Positions 10,101-19,641 of a DNA stretch of 64,000 bases are shown here, piece by piece. The DNA comes from Bacteroidota bacterium (lineage in GTDB: Bacteria > Bacteroidota > Bacteroidia > Bacteroidales > FEN-979). The notes beneath the pieces were generated by a model. That model had not been told where the DNA came from. It saw only the letters and a program-made list of their open reading frames with translations, and searched no databases. Numbering within the stretch: the stretch's first letter is position 1; every line of letters begins with the position of its first letter. The stretch is from NCBI GenBank assembly GCA_037138335.1, contig JBAXIO010000009.1, positions 2,531 to 66,530 of the forward strand, read 5' to 3'. Position numbers and translations under genes: made by a program.

Positions 10101-10330
10101 GTATTTCCCCCTGAAACCAGTTCCCGGTCAGAAGGGTCCTGTTCCATATCTTCGGGATTTACCAGGTCAAACGCGGTAAGCTTCAGAATTTCGGCATGAT
10201 GATAACCAAGCAGGCTGCAAATAAATGGATTCGCATCAAGGAATTCACCTCGCATATTCATTATAATGATTCCGAATTTGGCCTGGTCGAACATCAGGTG
10301 GTAGAATGAACTGAAGGTTGAATCTGTCAT
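7145..10330 (-). CDS. Hybrid sensor histidine kinase (multiple PAS/PAC + GAF-like, HisKA, HATPase_c, C-terminal receiver)
   Basis: Repeated PAS-like blocks (e.g. GKWMLANFS, RDITERK, RDIEEIKKAE). H-box SHEIRTPMNAILGF. N/G boxes GNAIKFT, DTGIGI, GTGLGLSI. Receiver ILIAEDEDYN ... LILMDLKMPFMDG ... LSKP. Confidence 0.92.
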   Translation of the reverse strand: MTDSTFSSFYHLMFDQAKFGIIIMNMRGEFLDANPFICSLLGYHHAEILKLTAFDLVNPEDMEQDPSDRELVSGGNTIVKERRLKKYNGEYILVEIYAQKLEADSVLIVVHDISLKEKARQNTEERLQTLINASPDIICFKDAEGKWMLANFSILDLYGLKGVDYTGKSEFELAEFTAPVYRDAFRNCQGSDDLAWEKGTASRTLENIPDVEGNLHVFDVVKVPLFLPDGSRKGIVVFGRDITEIKQAEASLRGSEQKYRQIAENTSDVIWMMNMQMQYSYISPSIFRQRGYTQEEFLKLKPHEIYSPESFKKITEIYSEGVRLAGEGKVTSDFSITAEVSHMCKDGSVRDSEIIISPILSLDGKLIGSHGVSRDITERKTAEKKFRLLSDFQAQLIKSNELKNVHDLVVSVVYDLLGEGIVFTTNIDEHTSSGKLVSYEGLNIPRNSITHVLGLDPLDMKFYLKDITEQELRLYRSGKLEEVEGGLYALATRRFPKAITQVVEKLLGIRKIYTIGFMYHEAHLGGVVLFVKRDISDLRDTIEMIVNLAAITLDRIKAEVSLKEAEERFRLAFLTSPDSINIHNLETGEYVEVNEGFCSLTGYRREEVIGKTSLETSIWADPADRQKMVDLLKKEGKATNIEVPFRFKNGTIHTGLLSASVILLNGVRHIISVVRDIEEIKKAEREILKAKDAAEEASKLKTAFLNNISHEIRTPMNAILGFTDLLATDDFPLSEKDRYFGIVNSNARQLLSIIDDVLEISRMDSGRIPFNPAPFLLHELVEDIHLSLKEMVVKKGLQFIRTMDDNNEFDHVIADKEKIRQVITGLIGNAIKFTNSGTINFGYTIKGKEIEFYVRDTGIGIDKEEQGKIFDRFYQVSYDAQEGLRGTGLGLSIAAGLSEVMGGTIRVESSPGKGSVFVLTIPYLEAGSLVIPEENKTPFSMESLSILIAEDEDYNYELMHVLLSRKSKQLLHARNGNEVLEILKHQKPDLILMDLKMPFMDGYEATRRVKILYPDLKVIALTAYTQPEEESRAMNAGCSAFLSKPIRKEDLMEIIRRIMRS

Positions 10331-10499
10331 GACCCTGGCATAGATTAGGTTATTATTATGCTATAAAATTAATTGTTTTTTGGAAATTGCACACTAATTA
10401 TGAAAATAGGATAACTCCCCTGAAGGTTTCATTTTGTAACAGGACCCGGGGGAAGGTAAGTTCAATCCTTTATCTTTGCAGTCTAAACGGGTAACAGGG

Positions 10500-13184
10500 A
10501 TGAACACCCACAAGTTGAACAACATCTTTAATCCTAAACGGATCGCTTTGATCGGGGTTACCACCAATCCCAATTCGGTAAGCGGGAAAGTATTGATAAA
10601 CCTTGTTAGCGGGGGATTCCGCGGGGTGGTTTATCCCGTAAATCCAGAGCATGAAGCGGTGATGGGAATACCCTGTTATCCCGATGTGAAAAGCCTTCCG
10701 CATTCACCCGACCTGGGGATCATCTGTTCACCTGCCGAGAAAGTGCCTGCCGCTGTGAGGCTTTGTGGTGAAGCCGGTATACGGGGGATCATCATCATTT
10801 CGGCGGGGTTCAGGGAAACCGGTGAAGCAGGGCATAAGCTTGAAGAAGCTATCCGCATCGAAATAAAAAAATTTGAAGGTATGAGGGTCCTTGGCCCGAA
10901 CTGCCTGGGTATCATCGTCCCTTCCCTGAAGCTCAACGCAAGCTTTGCCGCGGAAATGCCCAGGCAGGGAAATATTGCCTTCATTTCGCAATCAGGAGCC
11001 CTCTGTACTTCAGTCCTTGACTGGGCCATAGAAGGGAAGATAGGGTTCTCGTATTTTGTTTCCATTGGGAACAGCATGGATGTGGAGTTTGGTGACCTCA
11101 TCGATTATTTCGGTGATGACGAAAATACCCATTGTATCATTCTTTACATAGAATCTATTCAGAACCCCAGGAAATTCATGACTGCAGCACGCGCCTTTGC
11201 GCGTAAAAAACCCATCATCGTCTACAAGGCAGGGAGGTTCCCCGAATCGGCCCAGGTCGCCGCTTCCCATACCGGGGCCATGGCTTCGGAAGATGCTGTG
11301 TACGATGCGGCTTTCCAGAGGGTTGGGCTGGCAAGGGTATACGAGATCGGAGATATTTTTTCAGTTGCCGAGCTTATCGGCCGGGGCAGGATCCCCCATG
11401 GGCCCAGGCTGGGGATCATCACCAATGCCGGCGGACCGGGTGTCATGGCTACCGATGCCCTTATAGCCTCGAACGGGGTATTGGCAAAACTTTCAGATGA
11501 AACCATGCAAAAACTCAATGAAAACCTGCCAGAATACTGGTCGCATGGTAATCCCGTGGATGTGCTCGGGGATGCCCGGGCCAAAAGGATATCAAAAGCC
11601 ACACAAATCGTACTGGAAGATAAGAATGTTGATGCCATCCTGGTAATCCTCACCCCCCAGGCCATGACCAATACCGAAGCTACGGCAAGGGAGATCAGCG
11701 CCCTCGTCGGCACATCCAGGAAACCCATACTGGCTGCATGGCTTGGCGGGCAAAGCATGCACAAGGCCGATGACATACTGGTGGAAGCAGGGATTGCATC
11801 CTACAGAACACCTGAGCAGGCAATAAAAGCCTTCATGACCCTGGTCGCCTATTCGAAGAACCTGAAAACATTGTATGAAACGCCCAAGGATATCCCTGTC
11901 GAGTTCAGCCTTGACCGCGAAAAAATGCGCCAAAAATTCAACCGGCTGATACGCGATAAAGGAGCAATATTATCGGAGGACGTATCGAAGCTTATCCTTG
12001 ATTCATATGGTATTTCAACTACACGGCCTGTCCTTTCCAAAACTCCTGACGAAGCTGCAAAAATTGCGGAAAAAACCGGCTATCCCGTAGTCCTTAAAAT
12101 CCAGTCCCCCGACATTACGCATAAATCAGATGTGGGAGGCGTACAATTAAATCTGGGGAACGAAAAACTTTTAAGAGCTGCCTTTGAACGGATCATGGAC
12201 TCGGTAAGTCTGAAACAGCCTGACGCGAAGGTCGAAGGTATCACGGTGCAAAAGATGGTTGCTGAAAAGGATGCGGTTGAACTCATCCTCGGTATAAAAA
12301 AGGATAGCGTTTTCGGCACCATTCTCATGGTAGGCATGGGTGGGATTACAGCGGAACTCTTTTCTGATAAGGCCCTGGGGTTCCCGCCCCTGAACGAAAG
12401 GCTGGCCAGGCAAATGCTGGAGTCGCTGAAGATCTACCCGCTACTGAAAGGCTACAGGGGCAGCCCGGCCAAGAATATCGACAGGCTCATACAGATACTG
12501 ATACGCCTTTCTTACATTGCTGCCGACTATCCCGAGATCACCGAACTGGATATAAACCCCCTGCTTGTCACAACCGGCGATGTCGTTGCCCTGGATGCAA
12601 GGATCATGATAGATACGCTGATCGCTGGTACTGAACAGATCCCATTTGCACACCTGGCCCTTCACCCATATCCCGAGAAATATGTTCGCAGGCTCACCCT
12701 TCAGAATGGGAAAGAAGTTCTCCTCAGACCTATAAAACCTGAAGACGAGCCCCTGTGGCTGGAGATGATCGGCAGCTGTTCGAAAGAATCGCTATACAGC
12801 AGGTTCAGGTATTTCTTTCAATGGCAATCACATGAGGTGGCCACCCGTTATTGTTACATCGATTATGACAGGGAGATAGCCATTGTAGCTGAAATACAGG
12901 AAGACAATAAACGGAAACTGGTAGGCGTAGGCAGGCTGATTGCCGACCCCGACCATGAAACGGTAGAGTATGCCATACTCATCATTGATGCATACCAGAA
13001 GAAAGACCTTGGAAACATCATAACCGATTTCTGCATGGAGATTGCAATGAAATGGAACCTTAAAAAGATCGTGGCACAAACAACAACCGACAATAAAAGG
13101 ATGATCTCCGTGTTCAAAAAAAGAGGATTTTCGGTACATACCGATACCAGTGACTCCACTGTAGAAGTTGAGAAGGAATTATAA
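10500..13184 (+). CDS. Pat-like bifunctional protein: ADP-forming acyl-CoA synthetase-like domains + C-terminal GNAT acetyltransferase
   Basis: CoA-binding N-terminus IALIGVTTNPNSVSGKV. Succinyl-CoA-synthetase-like flavodoxin domain with SHTGAMAS (His loop). ATP-grasp part GYPVVLKIQSPDITHKSDVGGV. GNAT end with VGVGRLIADP...AILIIDAYQKKDLG. The ORF begins at TTG 10476, but ATG 10500 (MNTHKLNNIF) is the more likely start. Confidence 0.88.
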   Translation: MNTHKLNNIFNPKRIALIGVTTNPNSVSGKVLINLVSGGFRGVVYPVNPEHEAVMGIPCYPDVKSLPHSPDLGIICSPAEKVPAAVRLCGEAGIRGIIIISAGFRETGEAGHKLEEAIRIEIKKFEGMRVLGPNCLGIIVPSLKLNASFAAEMPRQGNIAFISQSGALCTSVLDWAIEGKIGFSYFVSIGNSMDVEFGDLIDYFGDDENTHCIILYIESIQNPRKFMTAARAFARKKPIIVYKAGRFPESAQVAASHTGAMASEDAVYDAAFQRVGLARVYEIGDIFSVAELIGRGRIPHGPRLGIITNAGGPGVMATDALIASNGVLAKLSDETMQKLNENLPEYWSHGNPVDVLGDARAKRISKATQIVLEDKNVDAILVILTPQAMTNTEATAREISALVGTSRKPILAAWLGGQSMHKADDILVEAGIASYRTPEQAIKAFMTLVAYSKNLKTLYETPKDIPVEFSLDREKMRQKFNRLIRDKGAILSEDVSKLILDSYGISTTRPVLSKTPDEAAKIAEKTGYPVVLKIQSPDITHKSDVGGVQLNLGNEKLLRAAFERIMDSVSLKQPDAKVEGITVQKMVAEKDAVELILGIKKDSVFGTILMVGMGGITAELFSDKALGFPPLNERLARQMLESLKIYPLLKGYRGSPAKNIDRLIQILIRLSYIAADYPEITELDINPLLVTTGDVVALDARIMIDTLIAGTEQIPFAHLALHPYPEKYVRRLTLQNGKEVLLRPIKPEDEPLWLEMIGSCSKESLYSRFRYFFQWQSHEVATRYCYIDYDREIAIVAEIQEDNKRKLVGVGRLIADPDHETVEYAILIIDAYQKKDLGNIITDFCMEIAMKWNLKKIVAQTTTDNKRMISVFKKRGFSVHTDTSDSTVEVEKEL

Positions 13185-13225
13185 TAAACTATTTAACATT
13201 TCGTTTACTAAGAAAACTTATAACA

Positions 13226-13801
13226 ATGAAAAGAAGCCAGTTTAAAATCTGTTTACCACTTTTAATTTTATTTATAACCCTTGGATTGGTTGCATCTGCT
13301 CAGGAATCAAGCCCAAAAACCCAGGATACTACGAAAGCTATTGCTGTGGTCAAGCGAATACCTCAGGCGATTAATTTCCAGGATTTAATCGGGAAATGGC
13401 ATATCCTGGAAATCACCGTCCAGAATATTTTTGAACCTGCCCCACCGGTATCGGCAGTGTCCCAGGAAGGAAGCCCGACGGATACCGTTTCGAATAAACC
13501 CAGGGCGCCAAAACCAGGAAACCCCGGCGGATTAAGGGCGAACGGGAAACCAATGAGCAATGTCCCCTTTAGAGAAGCCACCATGGAATTCCTTCCCGAT
13601 AAAACGGCTGTTAAAGCTGTTGCTGATAAATCGGAAAAATTCAGATGGAAGGCCAAAAAGAAAAATAAGGTTGTCATGAAAAATCTTTTAACCAAAGAAA
13701 AAACCAAATTGGATATTTTCAGCCTGAACAGCGACACTCTTAAGGTTATCGCCCACATCCCCTCAGGCGATGTTTATATTGTTTATCAAAAAATGAAATA
13801 G
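13226..13801 (+). CDS. Secreted hypothetical protein with low-complexity Pro/Gly-rich centre
   Basis: Signal peptide MKRSQFKICLPLLILFITLGLVASAQ. Followed by a strong intrinsic terminator. No family recognised. Confidence 0.6.
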   Translation: MKRSQFKICLPLLILFITLGLVASAQESSPKTQDTTKAIAVVKRIPQAINFQDLIGKWHILEITVQNIFEPAPPVSAVSQEGSPTDTVSNKPRAPKPGNPGGLRANGKPMSNVPFREATMEFLPDKTAVKAVADKSEKFRWKAKKKNKVVMKNLLTKEKTKLDIFSLNSDTLKVIAHIPSGDVYIVYQKMK

Positions 13802-13811
13802 GCATCAGTTT

Positions 13812-13841
13812 AAATCCCCGGTTTTTCCGGGGATTTTTTTT
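13812..13841 (+). terminator. Rho-independent terminator
   Basis: Stem AAATCCCCGG, 5-nt loop TTTTT, stem CCGGGGATTT (10 bp perfect), followed by a T-run to 13841. Starts 11 nt after the stop of 13226..13801. Confidence 0.85.
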
Positions 13842-13874
13842 GCCCATTTTTTTGGAATCAGTCTGTTTTAATTC

Positions 13875-13882
13875 TATTTTTG
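13875..13882 (+). promoter_or_regulatory. Candidate Bacteroidota -7 promoter box (TAnnTTTG)
   Basis: TATTTTTG, 18 nt upstream of the ATG at 13900 and just after the terminator. Matches the published Bacteroides sigma-A -7 consensus TAnnTTTG. Confidence 0.3.
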
Positions 13883-13899
13883 TGTCAAATATTCTTCAT

Positions 13900-15045
13900 A
13901 TGTTGAATTTCGATTTTACCGAGGAACAGCTGATGATCCAGCAGAGTGCCCGTGATTATGCCCAGAGGGAGCTCATCAAGGATGTAATTGAAAGGGACAC
14001 CAAGGCCATTTTCCCCACCCAGCATGTCAAAGTGCTTACCGACCTGGGGTTTATGGGCATGATGACCAATACAAAATACGATGGAGGAGGCATGGATACG
14101 GTATCCTATGTTCTTGCACTGGAAGAGATATCAAAAGTTGACTCTTCTGTTGCGGTAATCATTTCGGTAAACAATTCCCTGGTATGTTACGAACTTGAGG
14201 AATTCGGCAATGAAGAGCAGAAGGAGAAGTTCCTGAAGCCCCTTGCCCGGGGTGAAAAGCTCGGCGCTTTCCTCTTATCAGAACCTGAAGCGGGTTCCGA
14301 TGCCACATCCCAGAGGACTACAGCCATCGATATGGGCGACCATTACCTTGTTAACGGGGTGAAGAACTGGATCACCAACGGCAATTCTGCATCGACTTAT
14401 ATCCTTATAGCCCAGACCAACAAAGAAAAGGGGCATAAAGGCATCAATGCACTGATCGTCGACCGCCATTCACCGGGTATTACGCTTGGCCCGCATGAGG
14501 ACAAGATGGGGATGCGCAGCAGCGATACTCATTCCATCATGTTTACCGATGTGAAAGTCCCAAAGGAGAACAGGCTTGGTGATGAAGGGATGGGATTTAA
14601 GATTGCCATGAAGACGCTTGAAGGCGGGCGTATCGGAATTGCCGCGCAGGCGCTCGGAATTGCACAGGGGGCTTACGAAAGGGCGCTGAAATATTCTAAG
14701 GAACGCAAAGCATTCGGAACCGAGATCATCAACCACCAGGCCATAGCTTTCAAATTAGCCGAGATGCATACCCGCATCGAAGCTGCAAAGTATTTTACAT
14801 TAAAGTCGGCCTGGCTTAAAGACCAGGGGAGGCCTTACGGCACGGCCAGCGCCATGGCAAAGTACTGGGCAGCTGAAACCGCCATGTATGTCACCACCGA
14901 AGCCGTTCAGATCCATGGGGGCTATGGGTACGTTAAGGAATACCATGTGGAAAGGCTTATGCGCGATGCCAAACTCACCCAGATCTACGAAGGCACCAGC
15001 GAGATACAGCAGATCATCATTGCCAGGGCTATCATGAACGATTAA
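13900..15045 (+). CDS. Acyl-CoA dehydrogenase (short/branched-chain, butyryl-CoA dehydrogenase-like)
   Basis: [21 protein letters not shown]..., [15 protein letters not shown], and C-terminal [14 protein letters not shown] with the catalytic Glu context. About 381 aa from the ATG at 13900. Confidence 0.9.
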   Translation: MLNFDFTEEQLMIQQSARDYAQRELIKDVIERDTKAIFPTQHVKVLTDLGFMGMMTNTKYDGGGMDTVSYVLALEEISKVDSSVAVIISVNNSLVCYELEEFGNEEQKEKFLKPLARGEKLGAFLLSEPEAGSDATSQRTTAIDMGDHYLVNGVKNWITNGNSASTYILIAQTNKEKGHKGINALIVDRHSPGITLGPHEDKMGMRSSDTHSIMFTDVKVPKENRLGDEGMGFKIAMKTLEGGRIGIAAQALGIAQGAYERALKYSKERKAFGTEIINHQAIAFKLAEMHTRIEAAKYFTLKSAWLKDQGRPYGTASAMAKYWAAETAMYVTTEAVQIHGGYGYVKEYHVERLMRDAKLTQIYEGTSEIQQIIIARAIMND

Positions 15046-15055
15046 AGCCTGACCC

Positions 15056-18000
15056 ATGCAACTACCCGAACCGTATAAACCGAAAAACCATATCCGGATT
15101 GTCACGGCCGCCTCATTGTTCGACGGGCACGACGCTGCCATCAACATCATGCGCCGCATACTCCAGGCCAGCGGAGCCGAAGTGATCCATCTCGGCCATA
15201 ACCGGGCCGTGCAGGAGATCGTTGATTGTGCCATCCAGGAAGACGTCCAGGCTATCGCCCTTACTTCTTACCAGGGAGGCCACAATGAATTCCTTAAATA
15301 CATGGTCGACCTGCTGAAGGAACGCGGTTGCGGCCATATAAAGATCTTTGCCGGGGGCGGAGGAGTTATCCTTCCGCAGGAGGCCGAAGACCTGCATAAT
15401 TACGGCATCACCAGGATCTATTCCCCTGATGACGGAAGGAATATGAGCCTGCAGGGGATGATAAACGACCTGCTTGAGAAATGCGACTTTCCCCTGGATG
15501 ATTTTAAGGGTTTGACTGCGGATGAGATCCGTAATCGTAACATCAAATCGATTGCCCGTCTGATAACACTGGCAGAGAATTTTCCCGATAAAGCCAGGCC
15601 GGTGCTGGATGCACTGGGCACCGGGCACCAGGCACTGGGCATTGGGTTGAAAGAACCAGCACCCGGCACCCAGCACCCGGCACCTGCCACCCAGAATCCA
15701 GAACCCCGCATCCCGGTCCTCGGCATCACGGGCACCGGAGGCGCAGGAAAATCCTCCCTGGTGGATGAGCTGGTAAGGCGCTACCTTAGCGACCTGCCCG
15801 GCAAGACCATCGCAATTATTTCAGTTGATCCCACCAAACGCAAAACCGGAGGGGCTTTACTGGGAGACCGCATCCGCATGAATGCCATCTCCGATCCCAG
15901 GGTTTTCATGAGGTCGCTGGCCACCAGGCAGTCGAACCTCTCGCTTTCACGGTATGTTAAGGATGCAACTGTTATACTTCAGTCGGCATGCTTCGACCTC
16001 ATCATTATCGAAACATCGGGGATAGGGCAATCCGACACCGAGATTGTCGACCACAGCGACCTTTCCATGTATGTGATGACCCCCGAATATGGCGCCGCAA
16101 GCCAGCTTGAGAAGATCGACATGCTCGATTTTGCCGACATCGTGGTCGTAAACAAAGGCGATAAACGGGGCTCTCTTGATGCCATCAGGGATGTGAAGAA
16201 ACAATACCAGAGGAACAATAAGCTGTTCGATAAAGAGGTTGACGAGATGCCTGTATACGGCACAGTGGCTTCCCAGTTCAACGACCCCGGGGTGAACCTG
16301 CTTTATAAGGCGCTTATAAAGGCCATCTCAGCCAAAACCGGCATGGAATTCAGCAGCAGTTTTGAGGGACGCGACGAGATGAAAGACAAGATCTTCATTA
16401 TCCCGCCCTCAAGAACGAGATATCTTTCTGAAATTGCCGATGCCGTAAGAATTTATAACAAATGGACTGTTGAACAGGCAGGGATAGCGCAGAGGTTGTA
16501 CGGCATCTCTCAAACCATCGACGCCATACGCAGTACACCGCCCCGGGAACGTGATAAGAACCCCCGGCTGCATTCGCATGACAGCAACATCATGCTGGAG
16601 CTGGACCTGCTGTTTGACGAACTGGTGAAAAAGCTAGATCCGGAGAATTACTCGATCATTAAAAACTGGTCAGACAAGCTCGGTTCCTATAAGGACGAGA
16701 ATTACATTTACAAGGTCAGGGGCAGGGAGATAAAAGTGAAGACCCATACCGAATCCCTCTCCCACCTGCAGATCCCGAAGATCTCCATGCCAAGGTATGA
16801 GGCCTGGGGCGATATCCTGAAATGGAACCTGAGGGAGAATGTCCCCGGTGAATTCCCGTATGCAGCAGGGGTGTTTCCGTTCAAGCGGACCGCCGAAGAC
16901 CCCACCCGCATGTTTGCAGGGGAAGGGGGGCCGGAGCGCACCAACAAGCGCTTTCATTACCTTTCGCACTCACTGCCTTTCGTAAGGCTCTCGACTGCAT
17001 ATGACAGTGTGACCCTTTACGGCTTCGATCCCGACATTCGTCCCGATATCTATGGGAAGATAGGAAATGCCGGAGTTTCTATTGCCTGTCTCGACGATGC
17101 CAAAAAGCTTTATTCAGGGTTTGACCTCCTTGACCAGAACACCTCGGTATCGATGACAATCAACGGTCCGGCCCCGGCAATGGTCGGCTATTTCATGAAT
17201 GCCGCCATTGACCAGCAATGTGAGAAATATATCGTTGAGCACGGGCTGGAAGAAGAGGTTAAAAAAAAGATCAAAGCCATTTATAAAAAGAAAGGGACAG
17301 ATCGTCCGAAGTACCAGGGAAACCTCCCCGTGGGAAATAAGGGGCTGGGGCTGATGCTGCTTGGAGTGACCGGCGACAAGGTATTGCCGGAGGAAGTCTA
17401 TCAAAAGATCAGGAACGAAACCTTATGCAATGTAAGGGGAACGGTCCAGGCTGACATCCTCAAGGAAGACCAGGCCCAGAACACCTGTATTTTCTCAACA
17501 GACTTTGCCCTTAAAATGATGGGCGATATCCAGGAATATTTCATCGATAACAACATAAGGAATTTCTATTCAGTTTCCATATCGGGTTACCATATTGCCG
17601 AAGCCGGGGCCAATCCGATTACCCAGCTGGCATTGACGCTTTCGAACGGGTTCACCTATGTTGAGTATTATGTTTCGAGGGGGATGGATGTGAGCAAATT
17701 TGCGCCCAATCTTTCGTTCTTTTTCTCCAACGGCATAGATCCCGAATATTCGGTGATAGGCCGGGTAGCCCGCCTGATCTGGGCCAAGGCGATGAAGTAC
17801 AGGTACAAGGCCAATGCCCGTTCCCAGATGCTGAAATACCATATCCAGACTTCGGGACGTTCGCTGCATGCCCAGGAAATCGATTTTAACGATATCCGCA
17901 CCACGCTCCAGGCCTTATATGCGATATACGATAACTGCAATTCGCTTCATACCAATGCTTACGACGAAGCCATCACAACACCCACTGAGGAATCGGTGCG

Positions 18001-18535
18001 CAGGGCCATGGCGATCCAGATGATCATCAACCATGAGCTTGGACTCGCAAAGAACCAGAACCCCCTTCAGGGTGCCTTTATCATCGAAGAACTCACCGAC
18101 CTCGTAGAGGAAGCCGTAATGCTTGAGTTCGAAAGGATCTCCGAAAGGGGAGGGGTGCTGGGTGCTATGGAAACCATGTACCAGAGGAGCAAGATACAGG
18201 AAGAATCCCTGTATTATGAAAGCCTGAAAAACAGCGGGAAACTGCCGATCATGGGAGTAAACACCTTCCTGTCGAGCAAAGGATCGCCGACGGTTTTACC
18301 GGGAGAAGTCATCCGCAGTACAGATGAAGAAAAACAATACCAGATTGAGATGCTCAAACATCTTCATGCAAGCTGGCAGGAAGAATCCGAAAAAGCAATT
18401 CTCAACCTGAAGCATTCTGCAACACAAAATATGAATATCTTTGAAAGCCTGATGGAGGCAACCAAATTCTGTTCCATAGGGCAGATCACCCATGCTTTGT
18501 TTGAAGTGGGCGGTCAATACAGGCGAAACATGTAG
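15056..18535 (+). CDS. icmF: Fused isobutyryl-CoA mutase IcmF (B12-binding domain + MeaB-like G-protein + mutase catalytic domain)
   Basis: N-terminus [24 protein letters not shown] (B12 His-on-protein motif). G-domain [49 protein letters not shown]. Long C-terminal mutase TIM-barrel region ([17 protein letters not shown] ...). This domain order is diagnostic of IcmF. Confidence 0.9.
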   Translation: MQLPEPYKPKNHIRIVTAASLFDGHDAAINIMRRILQASGAEVIHLGHNRAVQEIVDCAIQEDVQAIALTSYQGGHNEFLKYMVDLLKERGCGHIKIFAGGGGVILPQEAEDLHNYGITRIYSPDDGRNMSLQGMINDLLEKCDFPLDDFKGLTADEIRNRNIKSIARLITLAENFPDKARPVLDALGTGHQALGIGLKEPAPGTQHPAPATQNPEPRIPVLGITGTGGAGKSSLVDELVRRYLSDLPGKTIAIISVDPTKRKTGGALLGDRIRMNAISDPRVFMRSLATRQSNLSLSRYVKDATVILQSACFDLIIIETSGIGQSDTEIVDHSDLSMYVMTPEYGAASQLEKIDMLDFADIVVVNKGDKRGSLDAIRDVKKQYQRNNKLFDKEVDEMPVYGTVASQFNDPGVNLLYKALIKAISAKTGMEFSSSFEGRDEMKDKIFIIPPSRTRYLSEIADAVRIYNKWTVEQAGIAQRLYGISQTIDAIRSTPPRERDKNPRLHSHDSNIMLELDLLFDELVKKLDPENYSIIKNWSDKLGSYKDENYIYKVRGREIKVKTHTESLSHLQIPKISMPRYEAWGDILKWNLRENVPGEFPYAAGVFPFKRTAEDPTRMFAGEGGPERTNKRFHYLSHSLPFVRLSTAYDSVTLYGFDPDIRPDIYGKIGNAGVSIACLDDAKKLYSGFDLLDQNTSVSMTINGPAPAMVGYFMNAAIDQQCEKYIVEHGLEEEVKKKIKAIYKKKGTDRPKYQGNLPVGNKGLGLMLLGVTGDKVLPEEVYQKIRNETLCNVRGTVQADILKEDQAQNTCIFSTDFALKMMGDIQEYFIDNNIRNFYSVSISGYHIAEAGANPITQLALTLSNGFTYVEYYVSRGMDVSKFAPNLSFFFSNGIDPEYSVIGRVARLIWAKAMKYRYKANARSQMLKYHIQTSGRSLHAQEIDFNDIRTTLQALYAIYDNCNSLHTNAYDEAITTPTEESVRRAMAIQMIINHELGLAKNQNPLQGAFIIEELTDLVEEAVMLEFERISERGGVLGAMETMYQRSKIQEESLYYESLKNSGKLPIMGVNTFLSSKGSPTVLPGEVIRSTDEEKQYQIEMLKHLHASWQEESEKAILNLKHSATQNMNIFESLMEATKFCSIGQITHALFEVGGQYRRNM
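15611..15715 (+). repeat. 15 tandem degenerate heptanucleotides, in frame inside the icmF linker
   Basis: GCACTGG GCACCGG GCACCAG GCACTGG GCATTGG GTTGAAA GAACCAG CACCCGG CACCCAG CACCCGG CACCTGC CACCCAG AATCCAG AACCCCG CATCCCG. Translated as [35 protein letters not shown]. Confidence 0.85.
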
Positions 18536-18552
18536 CTAATAAAATTAAGGAT

Positions 18553-19626
18553 ATGAAATTCAACATTTTGGTGGTTAACCCAAGGGATAAGGTTACCCAG
18601 ATCGCAGTCTACAACAATTACAAACTCCTCTACATTAACAACAGGTATCACACCGCCGACGAGCTATCGGGATTTGAAACCATTTATGAACAGCTTGAAC
18701 TGCGCAAACAGATCGTGCTGAAGGAACTTCAGAATAACGAATTTGACCTCAGCGAGGTTAAGGTTGTGATCTCACGCGGGGGCCTTGTAAAACCTGTTAG
18801 TTCGGGGGTTTATGCGGTAAACGAAGCCCTGAAGCAGGACCTGAAGAACAGCCCTGTGGGAGTGGATATTATTAATCTGGGCGGATTGCTTGCCGATGCC
18901 GTTTCGGCTGAGATACCCGGCTCAAGGGCCATGATTGCCGACCCTACGGTTGTTGATGAAATGGAAGATGTTGCGCGGATTACCGGTTCCCCCGGTATTG
19001 AGAGGAAGTCTATTTTCCATGCATTAAACCAGAAGGCTATCGCGAAGCTTTTTGCCGAAAGCCAGAACATGAAATATGAGGACCTGAACCTGATCGTCGC
19101 GCATATGGGCAACGGGACCACCATCGGCGCTCACCGCAAGGGCCGTGTTATTGACGTTAACCAGGGCTTCGAGGGGGACGGGCCCTTCTCGATGATCCGC
19201 AGCGGGAGCCTGCCCCTGGGCGACATCGTAAAGATGTGCCTGATCGATAAAAAGCCTGCAGAGGAAGTGTACTGCCTTCTCACCCATTGCGGAGGCATCA
19301 GGGCCCACCTGGGGACTACCGACCTCAGCGCGATAGAATTCCGTATCAAGGGCGGCGATGAAAAAGCAAAGAGGATCATGGATGCCATGGCATACCAGGT
19401 TTCCAAATGCATTGGCGAAATGTATGTGGTACTGAAGGGCGATGTTGACGCAATCCTTCTTACGGGCGAGATCGCACATTCGGAGAGGGTGATCGATTTC
19501 ATTATCGAACATGTAAGGAAACTTGCCAAGGTCGTTGTGTACCCCGGCGATAACGAGATCCAGGCCATGGCCGCGAATGCGTTACGGGTGGTGCAGGGCG
19601 AGATGGTTGTGAATGAATATAAATGA
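18553..19626 (+). CDS. buk: Butyrate kinase
   Basis: 357 aa. N-terminus MKFNILVVNPRDKVTQIAVY, IVAHMGNGTTIGAH, and GEIAHSE near the C-terminus (ASKHA acetate/butyrate kinase pattern with butyrate-kinase length). Confidence 0.88.
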   Translation: MKFNILVVNPRDKVTQIAVYNNYKLLYINNRYHTADELSGFETIYEQLELRKQIVLKELQNNEFDLSEVKVVISRGGLVKPVSSGVYAVNEALKQDLKNSPVGVDIINLGGLLADAVSAEIPGSRAMIADPTVVDEMEDVARITGSPGIERKSIFHALNQKAIAKLFAESQNMKYEDLNLIVAHMGNGTTIGAHRKGRVIDVNQGFEGDGPFSMIRSGSLPLGDIVKMCLIDKKPAEEVYCLLTHCGGIRAHLGTTDLSAIEFRIKGGDEKAKRIMDAMAYQVSKCIGEMYVVLKGDVDAILLTGEIAHSERVIDFIIEHVRKLAKVVVYPGDNEIQAMAANALRVVQGEMVVNEYK

Positions 19627-19641
19627 ATATAAATGAATTTA
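19612..19641 (+). repeat. Tandem decamer x3 spanning the buk stop and the next start codon
   Basis: AATGAATATA AATGAATATA AATGAATTTA. Contains the buk TGA (19624-26), a second in-frame TAA, and the ATG at 19633. Confidence 0.9.
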
